A stretch of 64,000 nt of DNA from Longimicrobiales bacterium (GTDB taxonomy: Bacteria; Gemmatimonadota; Gemmatimonadetes; Longimicrobiales; Gaopeijiaceae): the NCBI GenBank assembly GCA_965249725.1, contig OZ252251.1:576001-640000 (forward strand), given 5' to 3'. Positions within the stretch are counted from its first letter, which is position 1. Every line of letters starts with the position of its first letter. The notes beneath the pieces are model-generated. The model ran no database searches and was not told the DNA's origin. It saw only the letters and a list, made by a program, of their open reading frames with translations. The translations under genes and the position numbers were made by a program. Shown here in pieces: positions 18,397 to 28,626 of this stretch.

Positions 18397-19943
18397 AGCG
18401 CCGGGAAGCCTGCCGGTGGACGCCTGTGGTGTGTACCCTGCTCGTATGCGTAGGCCAACCGGAAGAGGCGCAGCTCGTCATAGGGTCGCCCGAGAATCTG
18501 GAGTCCGGCCGGGAGCGTTCCGTAGGTGAACCCCATGGGCACGGTGATGGCGGGCATGCCCGTCGCGGGCGCCACGAGTTGGCTATTGTCCCCGAGGTAC
18601 TCCTCTCGGGCTCGATCCAGATGGGCCGGGGGGTTCGTCCAGCTGGGGTAGATGATCGCGTCCACCTCGGCCCCGTCCATGGCCGCCTGCAGTTCGCCGA
18701 GGTAGCCTTGCCGCTGATCGTGCTCGGCAAAGTCGGGGCAGGGCGTCTCCCAGTCGCGCGGGTGCACGTCCATGGGCATCTCTTCATGACGACGCAGAGA
18801 CTGCTCCGAGTAGTCGGCGTACTGTCCGGTCTCGAGCACCTCGAGAACGTCCCGGATCGGAGCGTCCTCTCCGAGGGATGACAGATACTGGTACATGTCG
18901 TAGCGGAATCGCCGGCAGAACATGCCCTCTCGATCGAGTTCCGCCTGGAGGTCGAAATCGAGGGGATCCACGATCGTGGCGCCGAGGCGGGCCAGGTCCG
19001 CCACGGCCTCTTCGAAGACGCGAACGACCGCGGTGTCGGCGTCTTCGGTGTTCACGAGCTGGCGTAGCACGGCGATGCGTGCGCCCTGCAGACCGTTCGG
19101 ATCCAGCGCGACCGTGTAGTCGGCTTCCTTCCGGTCGCGTCCGGCTTCGGTGTACGGATCGGCGGGATCATAGCCGGCTACAACGTTGAAGATCCGTGCC
19201 GCGTCCTCGACGCTGCGGGCCATCGGGCCCGCGATGTCCCGGTCGAAGGAGAGCGGAATGACCCCGTCCCTGCTGGTGAGGCCGATCGTGGATCGGATCC
19301 CCACCAGAGCCAGGTGTGAGGAGGGGCCACGGATGGAGTTTCCCGTGTCGCTGCCCAGCCCGGCCACTCCGAAACTGGCGGCGACGCCCGACGCGGTGCC
19401 ACCACTGGATCCCGCTGGCACGCGGTCGAAGGCGTAGGCATTCGACGTCGTGTCGTAGGACGAACTCACAGTCTGGCGAGCGCTGAAGGCCCACTCCGCC
19501 ATGTTCGTCTTCGCCACGATGACCGCTCCGGCCTCTCGGATACGACGCACCATGAAGGCATCGTCCGGAGGCAGGCTTCCCATGAGGGCTATCGAGCCAC
19601 CGGTCGTGGGTAGGTCGTAGGTGTCGAAGTTGTCTTTGATGAGCATCGGGGCACAAAAGAGCTGCGGTGGCTCGAGGCCTGCCGCGAGGAGCCCGTCCAG
19701 ATCATCGGCCCGGGAGAGTGCGTTCGGGTTCACCACCGTGATCGCATTGACGGTCGACTCGTCGTAGGCCTCGATCCGGTCCAGGTAGGCCTGGACCACA
19801 GCCCTACACGTGGTCTGCCCACTTACGATGGCGTCCTGGATCTCCGCGATGGATGCTTCGACCACATCGAACGACCCGGACTGACAGGCCAGAGAGGAAA
19901 GCGCGAGCGCCATGACGAAAAAGCTGACTCTGTTGGACCGCAT
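18393..19943 (-). CDS. Amidase signature family lipoprotein
   Basis: IKDNFDT, KTNMAEWA, GSSGG, GSDTGNSIRGP (Ser-cisSer-Lys triad); lipobox LAC. Confidence 0.92.
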   Translation of the reverse strand: MRSNRVSFFVMALALSSLACQSGSFDVVEASIAEIQDAIVSGQTTCRAVVQAYLDRIEAYDESTVNAITVVNPNALSRADDLDGLLAAGLEPPQLFCAPMLIKDNFDTYDLPTTGGSIALMGSLPPDDAFMVRRIREAGAVIVAKTNMAEWAFSARQTVSSSYDTTSNAYAFDRVPAGSSGGTASGVAASFGVAGLGSDTGNSIRGPSSHLALVGIRSTIGLTSRDGVIPLSFDRDIAGPMARSVEDAARIFNVVAGYDPADPYTEAGRDRKEADYTVALDPNGLQGARIAVLRQLVNTEDADTAVVRVFEEAVADLARLGATIVDPLDFDLQAELDREGMFCRRFRYDMYQYLSSLGEDAPIRDVLEVLETGQYADYSEQSLRRHEEMPMDVHPRDWETPCPDFAEHDQRQGYLGELQAAMDGAEVDAIIYPSWTNPPAHLDRAREEYLGDNSQLVAPATGMPAITVPMGFTYGTLPAGLQILGRPYDELRLFRLAYAYEQGTHHRRPPAGFPAL

Positions 19944-20114
19944 GGTGAACTTCCTGGATGGGTGATTCACGAGTCTGAGACTCCACCAAGATCGGTGGTA
20001 AGGTCTGGGTTGTCGACCGGGGAAGGTGTCTCCCGGCCTCGCCCCCTCATATGTTGGCGGATCGCTCTTCGGGAGGCTCGCGCCTTTCCACGATTCGATG
20101 TTCAGGAGTTCGCC

Positions 20115-20966
20115 ATGCTCCGTTTCAAAGCCTTATTCGTCCCGCTGCGGGTAGCGGTGCGTGAATTGACCTGCCCGCGCACATACTGGTCCCGTACGGT
20201 GGCAGTGCTCCTGCTCGCCCTTGCCGGCCCCACCAGGGCATTAGGGCAGGACACCGCCCGTCCGCCCGGAGAGCGTGAGTTCCGAGCCCACTGCGCCCGC
20301 TGCCACGGAATCGACGGGGCCGGTGGGGAGGGCCCGAGCTTGGCGCGGCCCTTCCTGACCCGGGTCAGAGACGAGACCGGACTGGCGTCCCTAATCCTGA
20401 ACGGCATTCCGGGCACTGGCATGCCGGGCACGTGGTTCTTCTCCGCAACCGAGATCGAAGGACTGATCTCGTACGTGACTGCGCTGGGGCGCACACCCAA
20501 CGAGCCACTCACCGGTGATCCCGATCGGGGAAGGGCATTGTTCGAGAATAAGGGAGCCTGCACGACCTGTCACACGGTGGGCGGCTTCGGAACCAATAGG
20601 GGTCCGGACCTCTCGGCGGTCGGGGCCCGGCGCGGTGCCGGATACCTCTACGAATCCCTGATCGATCCCGGGGCGACGCTGCCGGAGGGCCTGACGGTCC
20701 TCCCGGTCGGCTTCTCGGACTACCTGCCCGTTCGCGTCGTGACACGCACCGGCGCGGAACTGAACGGTTATCGCGTCAACGAGGACTCGTACACGCTCCA
20801 GATCCGCGACGACGAGGGCCGGATCCTCTCCCTTCGCAAGCTAGATCTGGATGCGCTCGAGAAGCAGTTCGATGCGAGCCTGATGCCGAACTTCCGAAGC
20901 ACCTTCTCCGACGGAGAGTTGGACGACGTCGTAGCCTATCTCGCCAGCCTCAGGGGGCAGTCATGA
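20115..20966 (+). CDS. Di-heme c-type cytochrome, probable partner of the PQQ dehydrogenase
   Basis: CARCH and CTTCH; GPDLS...ESLIDP...SLMP domain; ATGA overlap with the next gene. Confidence 0.88.
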   Translation: MLRFKALFVPLRVAVRELTCPRTYWSRTVAVLLLALAGPTRALGQDTARPPGEREFRAHCARCHGIDGAGGEGPSLARPFLTRVRDETGLASLILNGIPGTGMPGTWFFSATEIEGLISYVTALGRTPNEPLTGDPDRGRALFENKGACTTCHTVGGFGTNRGPDLSAVGARRGAGYLYESLIDPGATLPEGLTVLPVGFSDYLPVRVVTRTGAELNGYRVNEDSYTLQIRDDEGRILSLRKLDLDALEKQFDASLMPNFRSTFSDGELDDVVAYLASLRGQS

Positions 20967-22555
20967 AAAGGATCGCGCTGATCATGTGGGTGGTCGTTGC
21001 CGTCCCCGGAGCACTTTCGGCGCAGGTGTCGTTCGAGCGCCTCGTACGAGCGGTGGAGGAGCCTCACAACTGGCTCACCTATTCCGGCTCGTATGCGTCG
21101 GAGCGGTACTCGTCGCTCGACGAGATCGACCGAAACACGGTCTCCGATCTGAAGGTGAAGTGGGTATACCAGATGCGGAACCCCGGTCTCGTCGAGACGA
21201 CCCCCATAGTGGTCGACGAAGTCATGTACATCACTGAGCCTCCCAGCACTGTAACGGCCCTCGATGTGCATACTGGACGTCGTCTGTGGACTTGGTCTCC
21301 GTCGATGCCTCCCGGGGTGTTGGCGATCGGTTTCCCCGAGGTTAATCGGGGCGTGGCCGTCCTCGACGACATGGTCTTCGTAGGAACGCTGAACGCTCAC
21401 TTGGTTGGGTTGGACGCGGCCTCGGGGACCGTTCGTTGGGACGTAGAGGTCGCGGACAACTCGATCGGATTTGCGATCACCGCTGCGCCACTGGCCGTAG
21501 ACGGGAAGATCATCATCGGTGTGAGTGGGGCCGAGGCCGGCGTGCGCGGTTTCGTGGACGCCTACGACGCCACCACGGGGGAGCGCATCTGGCGCCGGTA
21601 CACGGTGCCGGCCCCTGGGGAGCCCGGCAGCGAGACGTGGGGTGGGGACAGCTGGAAGACTGGAGGAGGGTCCACGTGGCTGACCGGCTCCTACGATCCC
21701 GATCTCAACCTCCTGTACTGGGGCATCGGGAACCCCGCCCCCGATTGGAATGGCGATGAGCGCCCGGGCGACAACCTCTACACCTGCTCCCTCATGGCCC
21801 TAGATGCCGACACGGGCGAGATGCGCTGGTACTTCCAATTCACACCCCACGACGTTCACGACTGGGACGCCAACGAGATTCCGCTCTTGATGGACCTGGA
21901 GATCGACGGACGCATGCGGCGGCTCGTCACGATGGCGAACCGCAACGCGTTCTACTACGTGCTCGACCGGGAGACCGGTGAGTTCATCACCGGCCGCGAG
22001 TATTCGAAGTAGACGTGGGCGTCTGGACTCGATGAGAACGGTCGTCCCATGGTTCTGCCCAACACGACGCCCACCGAAGAGGGCAACCTGGTGTGGCCCA
22101 GCCTCCAAGGGGCCACCAACTGGTTCAGCCCGAGCTACAGTCCCGACACGGAGATGGTCTACGTGGCCAACAGGGAGATGGGGTCCGTCTACTTCAAGGG
22201 TGAGGTGGAGTACGAGCCTGGAAAGCCCTTCATGGGCGGTGGAGAGCAGGCCATGAGCGGGGATGAGGCTTCGGGCTCGGTGAAGGCGCTCGACGTGCGG
22301 ACGGGGGAGGTCAGGTGGCGGTTCGGGCTGCTATCGCCCCCGTGGGCGGGTGTCATGTCGACCGGGGGTGGGCTGGTGTTCGGTGGTACCAATGAGAGCA
22401 ACTTCTTCGCGCTGGACGCCGACACGGGAGAGTCGTTGTGGGACTTCCACTCGGGTGCTGCAGCGCGATCGAATCCGATGTCGTTCGAGGTGCAGGGTCG
22501 GCAACGCGTCGCCATGGCAGCGGGTGGGGCTCTCTTCGTGTTCGGGCTGCCCTAG
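20963..22555 (+). pseudogene. PQQ-dependent dehydrogenase (alcohol/methanol dehydrogenase fold) interrupted by an in-frame TAG at 22010-22012
   Basis: ORFs 20963-22012 and 22049-22555 share a frame. Continuous translation reads ...GREYSK*TWASGLDENGRP.... Beta-propeller motifs ETTP, NRG, SGAE, GNPAP, HDVHDWDANE, NWFSPSY. Confidence 0.85.
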
Positions 22556-22574
22556 GCCTCGTCAGAGGGCAGCT

Positions 22575-23135
22575 TCAGACGGCGTAGTAGGGTGCCATCA
22601 GCACGTAGACCAGCACGCCGGTGACGGATACGTACATCCAGATCGGCAGCGTCCAGCGAGCCAGCCGGCGGTGTTTCACGAACTCCCCACGCACGGCTCT
22701 CGCTAATGTGAACAGGACAAACGGCACCACGATCGGCGCCAGCGAGATGTGGGTGATGAGGATGAAGAAGTAGGTGGGGCGCACCCAACCCTCTCCCCCG
22801 AAGTGCGACTGTGGCGCCTGTGAGTGGTACGTCACGTACGAGATCAGAAACAGGCAGGACAGCACGAAGCTCGTGCACATGAGGGAGATATGCGTCTTGC
22901 GACGTCCGCTCCGGATCGCGATGTACGCTGATGCAAGCAGGATCGCAGTGGTGCCGTTGATGATCGCGTGCATGCGCGGGAGTCCCGATACGTCCAATCC
23001 GTCGAGCTGGAATACCTGTGGGAAGGCCGCGAGTGCGGCGACGAGCCCGCCGACCAGAAGGGTCAGCGCGAAGATGCCGATCCACAGAGGACGTTCGCTC
23101 CGGTCGCTCGCCTGCTGGTCTGTGGATTCGCTCAT
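22575..23135 (-). CDS. DUF420 (CtaM-like) membrane protein
   Basis: HAIING, FLISYVTYH, YFFILITHISL, HRRLARWTLPIWMYVSVTG. Confidence 0.9.
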   Translation of the reverse strand: MSESTDQQASDRSERPLWIGIFALTLLVGGLVAALAAFPQVFQLDGLDVSGLPRMHAIINGTTAILLASAYIAIRSGRRKTHISLMCTSFVLSCLFLISYVTYHSQAPQSHFGGEGWVRPTYFFILITHISLAPIVVPFVLFTLARAVRGEFVKHRRLARWTLPIWMYVSVTGVLVYVLMAPYYAV

Positions 23136-23196
23136 ACCCGATCTGACAATCAGGGAGGGACGGGGTCGGGTGTCTGGTTCGGCGAGTGGCGCGCGA

Positions 23197-25854
23197 CTAG
23201 TCGGGCCGACCCATCAGATCACTGATGGTCCGAGCCCCCGTCTCGGGCGCTCCGAGGTGCACGTCCAGCCACGCCGCCCAGCGGCCCCACAAGTCGAGGA
23301 GAGTCTCCTTGGTCGCCGGTCCATGATCCTCGAAGGGATAGAGGTACATGGCCGCATCCTTACCCAACCCGTTCAGCGCGTGGAATAACCTCGGCGAGTG
23401 ATCCGGAGCCGTTCCCACGTTCTGGTCATGGAGGCCGTGGTACATGAGCAGCGCCCCCGTGAGGTTGTTGGCAAACAGGAACGGGGACATGCCCAGGTAG
23501 ACGTCCTTCGCGTCCCACAAGAAACGACGCTCCGACTGGAAACTGAGCGGCGTGAACGTGCGGTTGTAGTTTCCGTCGCCCGCGATGCCGGCCTTGAAGA
23601 AGGGCGTGTGCACCATGGCGTTGACGGTGGAGAAGGCACCGTACGAGTGGCCTCCGAGCCCGAGCCGGCGTCGGTCGATGATCTCGCGTCTGTCGAGTTC
23701 GTCGATCACGGCCGCCAGGTTGTTCCTCAGGTCGTGCTCGTAGTTGTTGTTCATGCGACCCGGATCGCCGACGATCGGGGCGTCCGGCTCGACGACAGCG
23801 TATCCGAGCCTGATCAGGTACTCGATCGACCGCGCCCCGAAACTGGGGAAGGCGTTCTTGTTGTAGTTACGCCCGCGCTCGTCGTAGCCCTCCTGGTCTT
23901 CGTACTCCCGGGGATAGAACCAGAACATGGCGGGAAGCCGTGTTCCGGGTTGGTACCCCGTCGGTAGCGTGACGTTGACGAGGAATCGGAAGCCGTCCGG
24001 TCGCTCCACCGTGAAGCGCTCTCTCGGAGCGGCGGTGAGATCGGGTGTGTAGTCGACGTTGTTCGTGATCTGAACTCGGCTGGGACCCTGCACGAGGTAG
24101 GACTGGGCCGTCTCCGTAGGTGACTCCAGAGACACGATGAAGCGCCCCGAGTTGACATCCAGGAGCGACGTGAGGCTCTCGAACACACCCTCATTGTCGC
24201 CTTCGAAGATCCGCTCCTTCTCGCCGCTGCGAATCGCAACGCGGTCGAGGAAGGTCGTGGGAGCTACTTCTAGTGGGTCCTCGTTGTAGCGCGTTCCGTA
24301 GAAGAAGACGTGCTCACCGCCGGCCGACAACTGGACGGAGCCGTCCCTGGTGTCGAACACTCCTGGGCGGGCTCGGCCCGGTGCTTGGGGTACACCCCCT
24401 CCCGTCATCACAAGGGCACCGGGATTCGCATAGAAGTCTTCCGAGTCGTACTCGAACAGCGTGTGCGCCTCGGCTTCCGGGTCGTCCAGGAATACCGCGT
24501 ACTCCCTTACGCGCTCTTGCTCCCGTTCCGTGAGGAAGAGAATCGACATATCCGGCGAGAAGCGGTGGGCGGAGATGCGGTTGTCGCTCTCGTAGACGAC
24601 GGAGAGGCTGGCTTCGTCAAAGGGCGGGAGCCACTGCATCACGCGGTCCTTGCGTCCGTCGGCTCGCTCGTCCGCGGCATCGTCGCCCTCGTCGCCCTCT
24701 CTCGGCTCCTGCTCGAGGTACGTCAGTCCGTGGCCATCGACGCGCCACATGACCTGCCGCCGCCCCTGTTCATCGTCTTGGCCCGACCGCGCAGCACCCG
24801 GAGCCGGTCGTGGTCGATCGGGGTCCGGGAGGCCCGTGTTCATAGGCGTGCTCTTCAGCTCGGCCAGGGCATCGCCCTGCTCATCCCAGATCTCTTCGAC
24901 GCTGGCGAAGTTGTTCACCGGTACGATATAGCTGAAGGGATGCTGCATCCGAGCCACGCGAGCGTAGCGGCCGTCCGACGAGAAATCGAAGCCCTTGACC
25001 ATGCTCGGCTCACCGACGAGATCGACATCCCTACTGTCGACGTCGACGAGCGCGAGTTGACCTGTGGCGTGCCAGGCCAAAAGAGCCTCGTCGTGGGGCG
25101 TCTCCATCAGGCTAGCGTACGTACGCAGATGGTTCTCGCCCGACTCGGTCATCTTGACCTGAGGGCCCATGGGAACCGCGGGCTCAACCGGCATCGGCGG
25201 CCGGTCCTCCGGGATCAGGACGGTCGCGATCTTGTCTCCCCCGGCCGTCCACTCGTACGTGGTGACCAACGTGGCCAACACGGCGCGACGCGTGATTCGA
25301 TCCGCGCGTCCGGTAGCGGCGTCGGCCACATAGATGTGCGTGCCGTCGCCGAAGTGGGCGAAGAAGGCCAATCTCGAGCCGTCGGGGGACCAGGACGCAT
25401 CGGAGACGCGTGCCCCCCGGGGCACCTCGACCTCTACCTTCGATCCGTCGCTCGCGGAGACCACCTCGATGCCGGCGTTGTTCCTGGTCGTCAGGCGGCG
25501 GCTGCGGTTCGCTGCGAAGTCGATGAACTGGCCTCCCAGCTCGTGAAACGGCTTCGAGAAGACGTCCATTGTAATCGGACCATCCCCGACCTCGTGCAGG
25601 AACCACATCTTGTCGGGGCTTACGTCAGACAGCGTTACGTTGAGATACCGCGGCGCCAACACGGCTTCCGTGACGGATGCGGGGGGCGAAACGAACTGCT
25701 TCTGCGCGAGAATCTGACGGGCGTCCCAGGCCCCATTCTGGTCCTGACCGAAGGCCTCGGTCGGGGGCAGCGTGAGCACCAAACAGGCACACAGGGTCGA
25801 TAGGGCTGAGGAGAGCCGACCCCCTACACGAGTCAGGCGGGTGCGTTCAGTCAT
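23197..25854 (-). CDS. Secreted S9 (prolyl oligopeptidase family) peptidase
   Basis: GGHSYGAF nucleophile, HGLHDQN, EDHG; N-terminal propeller and signal peptide. Confidence 0.92.
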   Translation of the reverse strand: MTERTRLTRVGGRLSSALSTLCACLVLTLPPTEAFGQDQNGAWDARQILAQKQFVSPPASVTEAVLAPRYLNVTLSDVSPDKMWFLHEVGDGPITMDVFSKPFHELGGQFIDFAANRSRRLTTRNNAGIEVVSASDGSKVEVEVPRGARVSDASWSPDGSRLAFFAHFGDGTHIYVADAATGRADRITRRAVLATLVTTYEWTAGGDKIATVLIPEDRPPMPVEPAVPMGPQVKMTESGENHLRTYASLMETPHDEALLAWHATGQLALVDVDSRDVDLVGEPSMVKGFDFSSDGRYARVARMQHPFSYIVPVNNFASVEEIWDEQGDALAELKSTPMNTGLPDPDRPRPAPGAARSGQDDEQGRRQVMWRVDGHGLTYLEQEPREGDEGDDAADERADGRKDRVMQWLPPFDEASLSVVYESDNRISAHRFSPDMSILFLTEREQERVREYAVFLDDPEAEAHTLFEYDSEDFYANPGALVMTGGGVPQAPGRARPGVFDTRDGSVQLSAGGEHVFFYGTRYNEDPLEVAPTTFLDRVAIRSGEKERIFEGDNEGVFESLTSLLDVNSGRFIVSLESPTETAQSYLVQGPSRVQITNNVDYTPDLTAAPRERFTVERPDGFRFLVNVTLPTGYQPGTRLPAMFWFYPREYEDQEGYDERGRNYNKNAFPSFGARSIEYLIRLGYAVVEPDAPIVGDPGRMNNNYEHDLRNNLAAVIDELDRREIIDRRRLGLGGHSYGAFSTVNAMVHTPFFKAGIAGDGNYNRTFTPLSFQSERRFLWDAKDVYLGMSPFLFANNLTGALLMYHGLHDQNVGTAPDHSPRLFHALNGLGKDAAMYLYPFEDHGPATKETLLDLWGRWAAWLDVHLGAPETGARTISDLMGRPD

Positions 25855-26152
25855 TTCCGTCTCCAGGAATCGGAGTCCTTCTCACGCGCGTCCGGCGGCG
25901 CCGCCCCGCACAGTGGGCCAAGGACAACAAATGGGGGTGGAGGGCGAGATCCACAAGGGGACGAGCCGGCCCGGCGCAACAGTAGAAGCAACAGTAAGTG
26001 TACCGCTGTTCGCGCGTATTTTTACCGAATGCGAGATGCTCTGGGGCGTCTGCCCCGGAATACTCCTGGCAATGCTCGCCCTCTTCGATCATTTTAGGGT
26101 GGATCTGGACGGCGGTATGCGACTGCCAAGGAAGCTGGAAGGAACGAACCAC

Positions 26153-26695
26153 ATGAAGTTGGTGACCGCCTTACGCGCTATTGTGTTGATGGCGCTGCTC
26201 TTGCCGATGTCCGCCGATGCGGTCGTGGGCCAGGAGGCCTATCCCATTGAGATCGGAGACCGGGTTCGAGTGTCGGTCCCCATGCAAATCGATGGCGATC
26301 TGGTGGGATTCGCAGACGGCGAGCTCATTATTCACATACCTAATCACATCGACTTGACCAGCGTTCCGCTCGAGGCCCTGCAGGGGCTTCAGGTGGAGCG
26401 AGTGAAGACCAAGTCACTCCTTTTCGGGGTGATCGGTGGAGTCGTGGCCGGTGCTGGGGCGTGGCTCTTGGTGGAGAAATCGAATGCGGTGACGGTCGAA
26501 TCCCTCGCGCCCGAAGAGACGGATCGTCGGGTGTACACCTCCGCTTTTGCGGCCGTTGGAGGAGCGTTCGCCGGCGCATTGATCGGGAAGCGCTATAAGA
26601 CGTTCAGGTGGGAAGTGATTCCGTTGGCCACTATTCAGAGTCAGGTGGTTGAGCCCGACGGGCTCGGCGTCAGGGCCACCTGGACGTTGCCGTGA
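26153..26695 (+). CDS. Hypothetical exported protein with glycine-zipper-like helices
   Basis: Signal peptide; GDRVRV beta-rich domain; GVIGGVVAGAG and GGAFAGALIG. Confidence 0.6.
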   Translation: MKLVTALRAIVLMALLLPMSADAVVGQEAYPIEIGDRVRVSVPMQIDGDLVGFADGELIIHIPNHIDLTSVPLEALQGLQVERVKTKSLLFGVIGGVVAGAGAWLLVEKSNAVTVESLAPEETDRRVYTSAFAAVGGAFAGALIGKRYKTFRWEVIPLATIQSQVVEPDGLGVRATWTLP

Positions 26696-26805
26696 GTAGG
26701 GAACGGCAGCGATCCCGGCCACGGCGATTTCAACGGCAGTTTCATTTGACAGACTCAAGCATGAAATCCTATAAGTCCGATTCCCTCGGCTACGGAGGAC
26801 CACGA

Positions 26806-27192
26806 ATGCGTTATCTAGGCCTCTTCCTCGGCCTCGTGCTCTGTCTCGAAGGCTGTGCATCTTCGGCGGGTGGTAGCACGAGCACTTCTCGGGACACCAT
26901 CACCCGCGAACAGATTGCCGAGACCCAGGCGATCACGGCGTACGATGCCATTCGTACATTGCATCCCCGGTGGTTAAGAGCTCGGGGCCAGACCGCGTCG
27001 GCGGTCAACCCCACGGCGCGGACTCCCACGGTGTATCTGGACGGCACCCGCATGGGCGGGCTCGACGTGCTCGCCGTGTATCAGGCGCGGGACATTTTCG
27101 AGATTCGCTACCTCGATGAGGGCAAGGCAGGGATCCGCTATGGCATGGGATTCCCGAGGGGCATCATCGAGATCATCTCGTTGCGTAGGTGA
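26806..27192 (+). CDS. Small lipoprotein resembling a stand-alone TonB-receptor plug domain
   Basis: Lipobox LEGC; ITREQI, AYDAIRTLHPRWL, VYLDG, IFEIRYL, RYG...GIIEI; RBS GGAGG. Confidence 0.75.
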   Translation: MRYLGLFLGLVLCLEGCASSAGGSTSTSRDTITREQIAETQAITAYDAIRTLHPRWLRARGQTASAVNPTARTPTVYLDGTRMGGLDVLAVYQARDIFEIRYLDEGKAGIRYGMGFPRGIIEIISLRR

Positions 27193-27255
27193 GGCCCGCC
27201 TGAGCGGCGTCTGATAGTCCGCGCTACGTCCGACTCCCAGCGGCCGGCGCCTCGC

Positions 27256-27283
27256 AAGGGCTCCCGTTCGGGAGCCCTTCTTG
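27256..27283 (+). terminator. Probable intrinsic terminator
   Basis: AAGGGCTCCC-gttc-GGGAGCCCTT followed by CTT; the U-tract is weak. Confidence 0.55.
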
Positions 27284-27385
27284 CGTAGGTGTTCTCGATC
27301 TCGGGCCCGAGGGAACCCGTCCTCGGCGTCGGGAGTTACGCATACGATTCCGGGACCCTCGATACCAAGGTGGAGACTAGTTGTC

Positions 27386-28510
27386 ATGTCCGATTTGATG
27401 TTCGATGAGCGCACACGAGCGCTTTCGGTACTCTCCCTCGCGTTCGTCGTGGCTGCGTGTGGCGGTGGGGATGGAGTCTCGTCGCCCGTTCAGCAGAGCA
27501 ATCCGCCTTCTGCCGAGACATTTTGTAGTATCCCCGAAGCCGAAATTGTCTCGGGGGGTGTGGGAAGAGATGGAATCCCCTCTTTGCGCGACCCGTTGTT
27601 CGTCCCTGCCGATCATGCCGAGGCCGGGTACCTGCTCGACTCCGACAGGGTGATCGGACTCGAAATCGGGGGCGAGTTCATTGCGGTGCCACACAACATC
27701 CTGTGGTGGCACGAGATCGCGAATCTCGACAATTACGGGATTCCGGTTGCGGTCTCTTATTGCCCACTAACGGGTTCGAGCATGGTCTTTGATCGCACGA
27801 CGGTGCAGGGGAACGATTTCGGGGTTTCTGGTCTCCTCTACCAAAACAACCTGATCATGTTCGAACGGCGCGACGACGGAGCCCAGGAATCGTGGTTCCC
27901 GCAGTTCATGCGTGGAGCTCGCTGCGGTCCTCTGGACGGGGCGGATCTTCCCATGTATCCGTCGGTCGAAATGCGGTGGGACGCCTGGAAGGCGCTCCAC
28001 CCGGAGTCCAGTGTCGTCTCGGGCGTGCTGGGCTACGGGCGGGACTACCGGTCGTATCCGTACGGAAACTACGAGGCCATCAACAACGGGGAGACGTTGT
28101 TCCCGGCGGAAGAACACGACCGCCGCCGTCCGCCGAAGGAGCGTGTGCTCGGTATCCCTCGGTCAAACGGCTTCGGGATGGCGTTCCCGTTCAGTCTGCT
28201 CAGCGACCTTGGCGATGTGGCCGTGGTGCACGATGACGTGCAGGGAAGCCGTTCGATCGTGGTCTTCTGGTCCACCGACGCCGAGACTGCGGTCGCCTTC
28301 GAGCCCCGCGTCAACGGTCAGGCGCTCACGTTCGAGGCCCGAGACGGTGGCTTCTTCGACGTGGAGAACGGAAGCGAGTGGGATATGCAGGGTAGGGCCA
28401 TCTCGGGTCCTCTCGAGGGCTCCGCGCTCGAGTTGGTCGACGACGCGTTCATATCGTTCTGGTTCGCCTGGTCGACGTTTCATCCCAACACGGCTATCTT
28501 TTGGGGCTGA
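27386..28510 (+). CDS. DUF3179 domain lipoprotein
   Basis: GRDGIPSL, WHEIAN, SYCPLTGS, FGVSGLLY, FWFAWSTFHPNT; lipobox VAAC. Confidence 0.88.
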   Translation: MSDLMFDERTRALSVLSLAFVVAACGGGDGVSSPVQQSNPPSAETFCSIPEAEIVSGGVGRDGIPSLRDPLFVPADHAEAGYLLDSDRVIGLEIGGEFIAVPHNILWWHEIANLDNYGIPVAVSYCPLTGSSMVFDRTTVQGNDFGVSGLLYQNNLIMFERRDDGAQESWFPQFMRGARCGPLDGADLPMYPSVEMRWDAWKALHPESSVVSGVLGYGRDYRSYPYGNYEAINNGETLFPAEEHDRRRPPKERVLGIPRSNGFGMAFPFSLLSDLGDVAVVHDDVQGSRSIVVFWSTDAETAVAFEPRVNGQALTFEARDGGFFDVENGSEWDMQGRAISGPLEGSALELVDDAFISFWFAWSTFHPNTAIFWG

Positions 28511-28550
28511 CCGCTCGTAAGCGCGCCCTCAGCAAACGCGGTGGTGCCCG

Positions 28551-28593
28551 AAAGAAAGACCGGCCAGCCCAGATGGGCTGGCCGGTCTTTTCT
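28551..28593. terminator. Bidirectional intrinsic terminator between convergent genes
   Basis: 16-bp stem AAAGACCGGCCAGCCC-agat-GGGCTGGCCGGTCTTT with A-rich and T-rich flanks. Confidence 0.85.
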
Positions 28594-28626
28594 CGCCTCG
28601 GGGGACCGAGCCCCTGAGGGTTCAGG

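Noticed and set aside
22010..22012. Genome-wide TAG recoding
   Set aside because: Many genes here end normally at TAG (for example 8761, 39451, 44356, 57230, 60492), and no pyl genes are in the window.
27386..28510. Selenoprotein form of DUF3179
   Set aside because: The motif is encoded with Cys (SYCPLTG) and there is no in-frame TGA.
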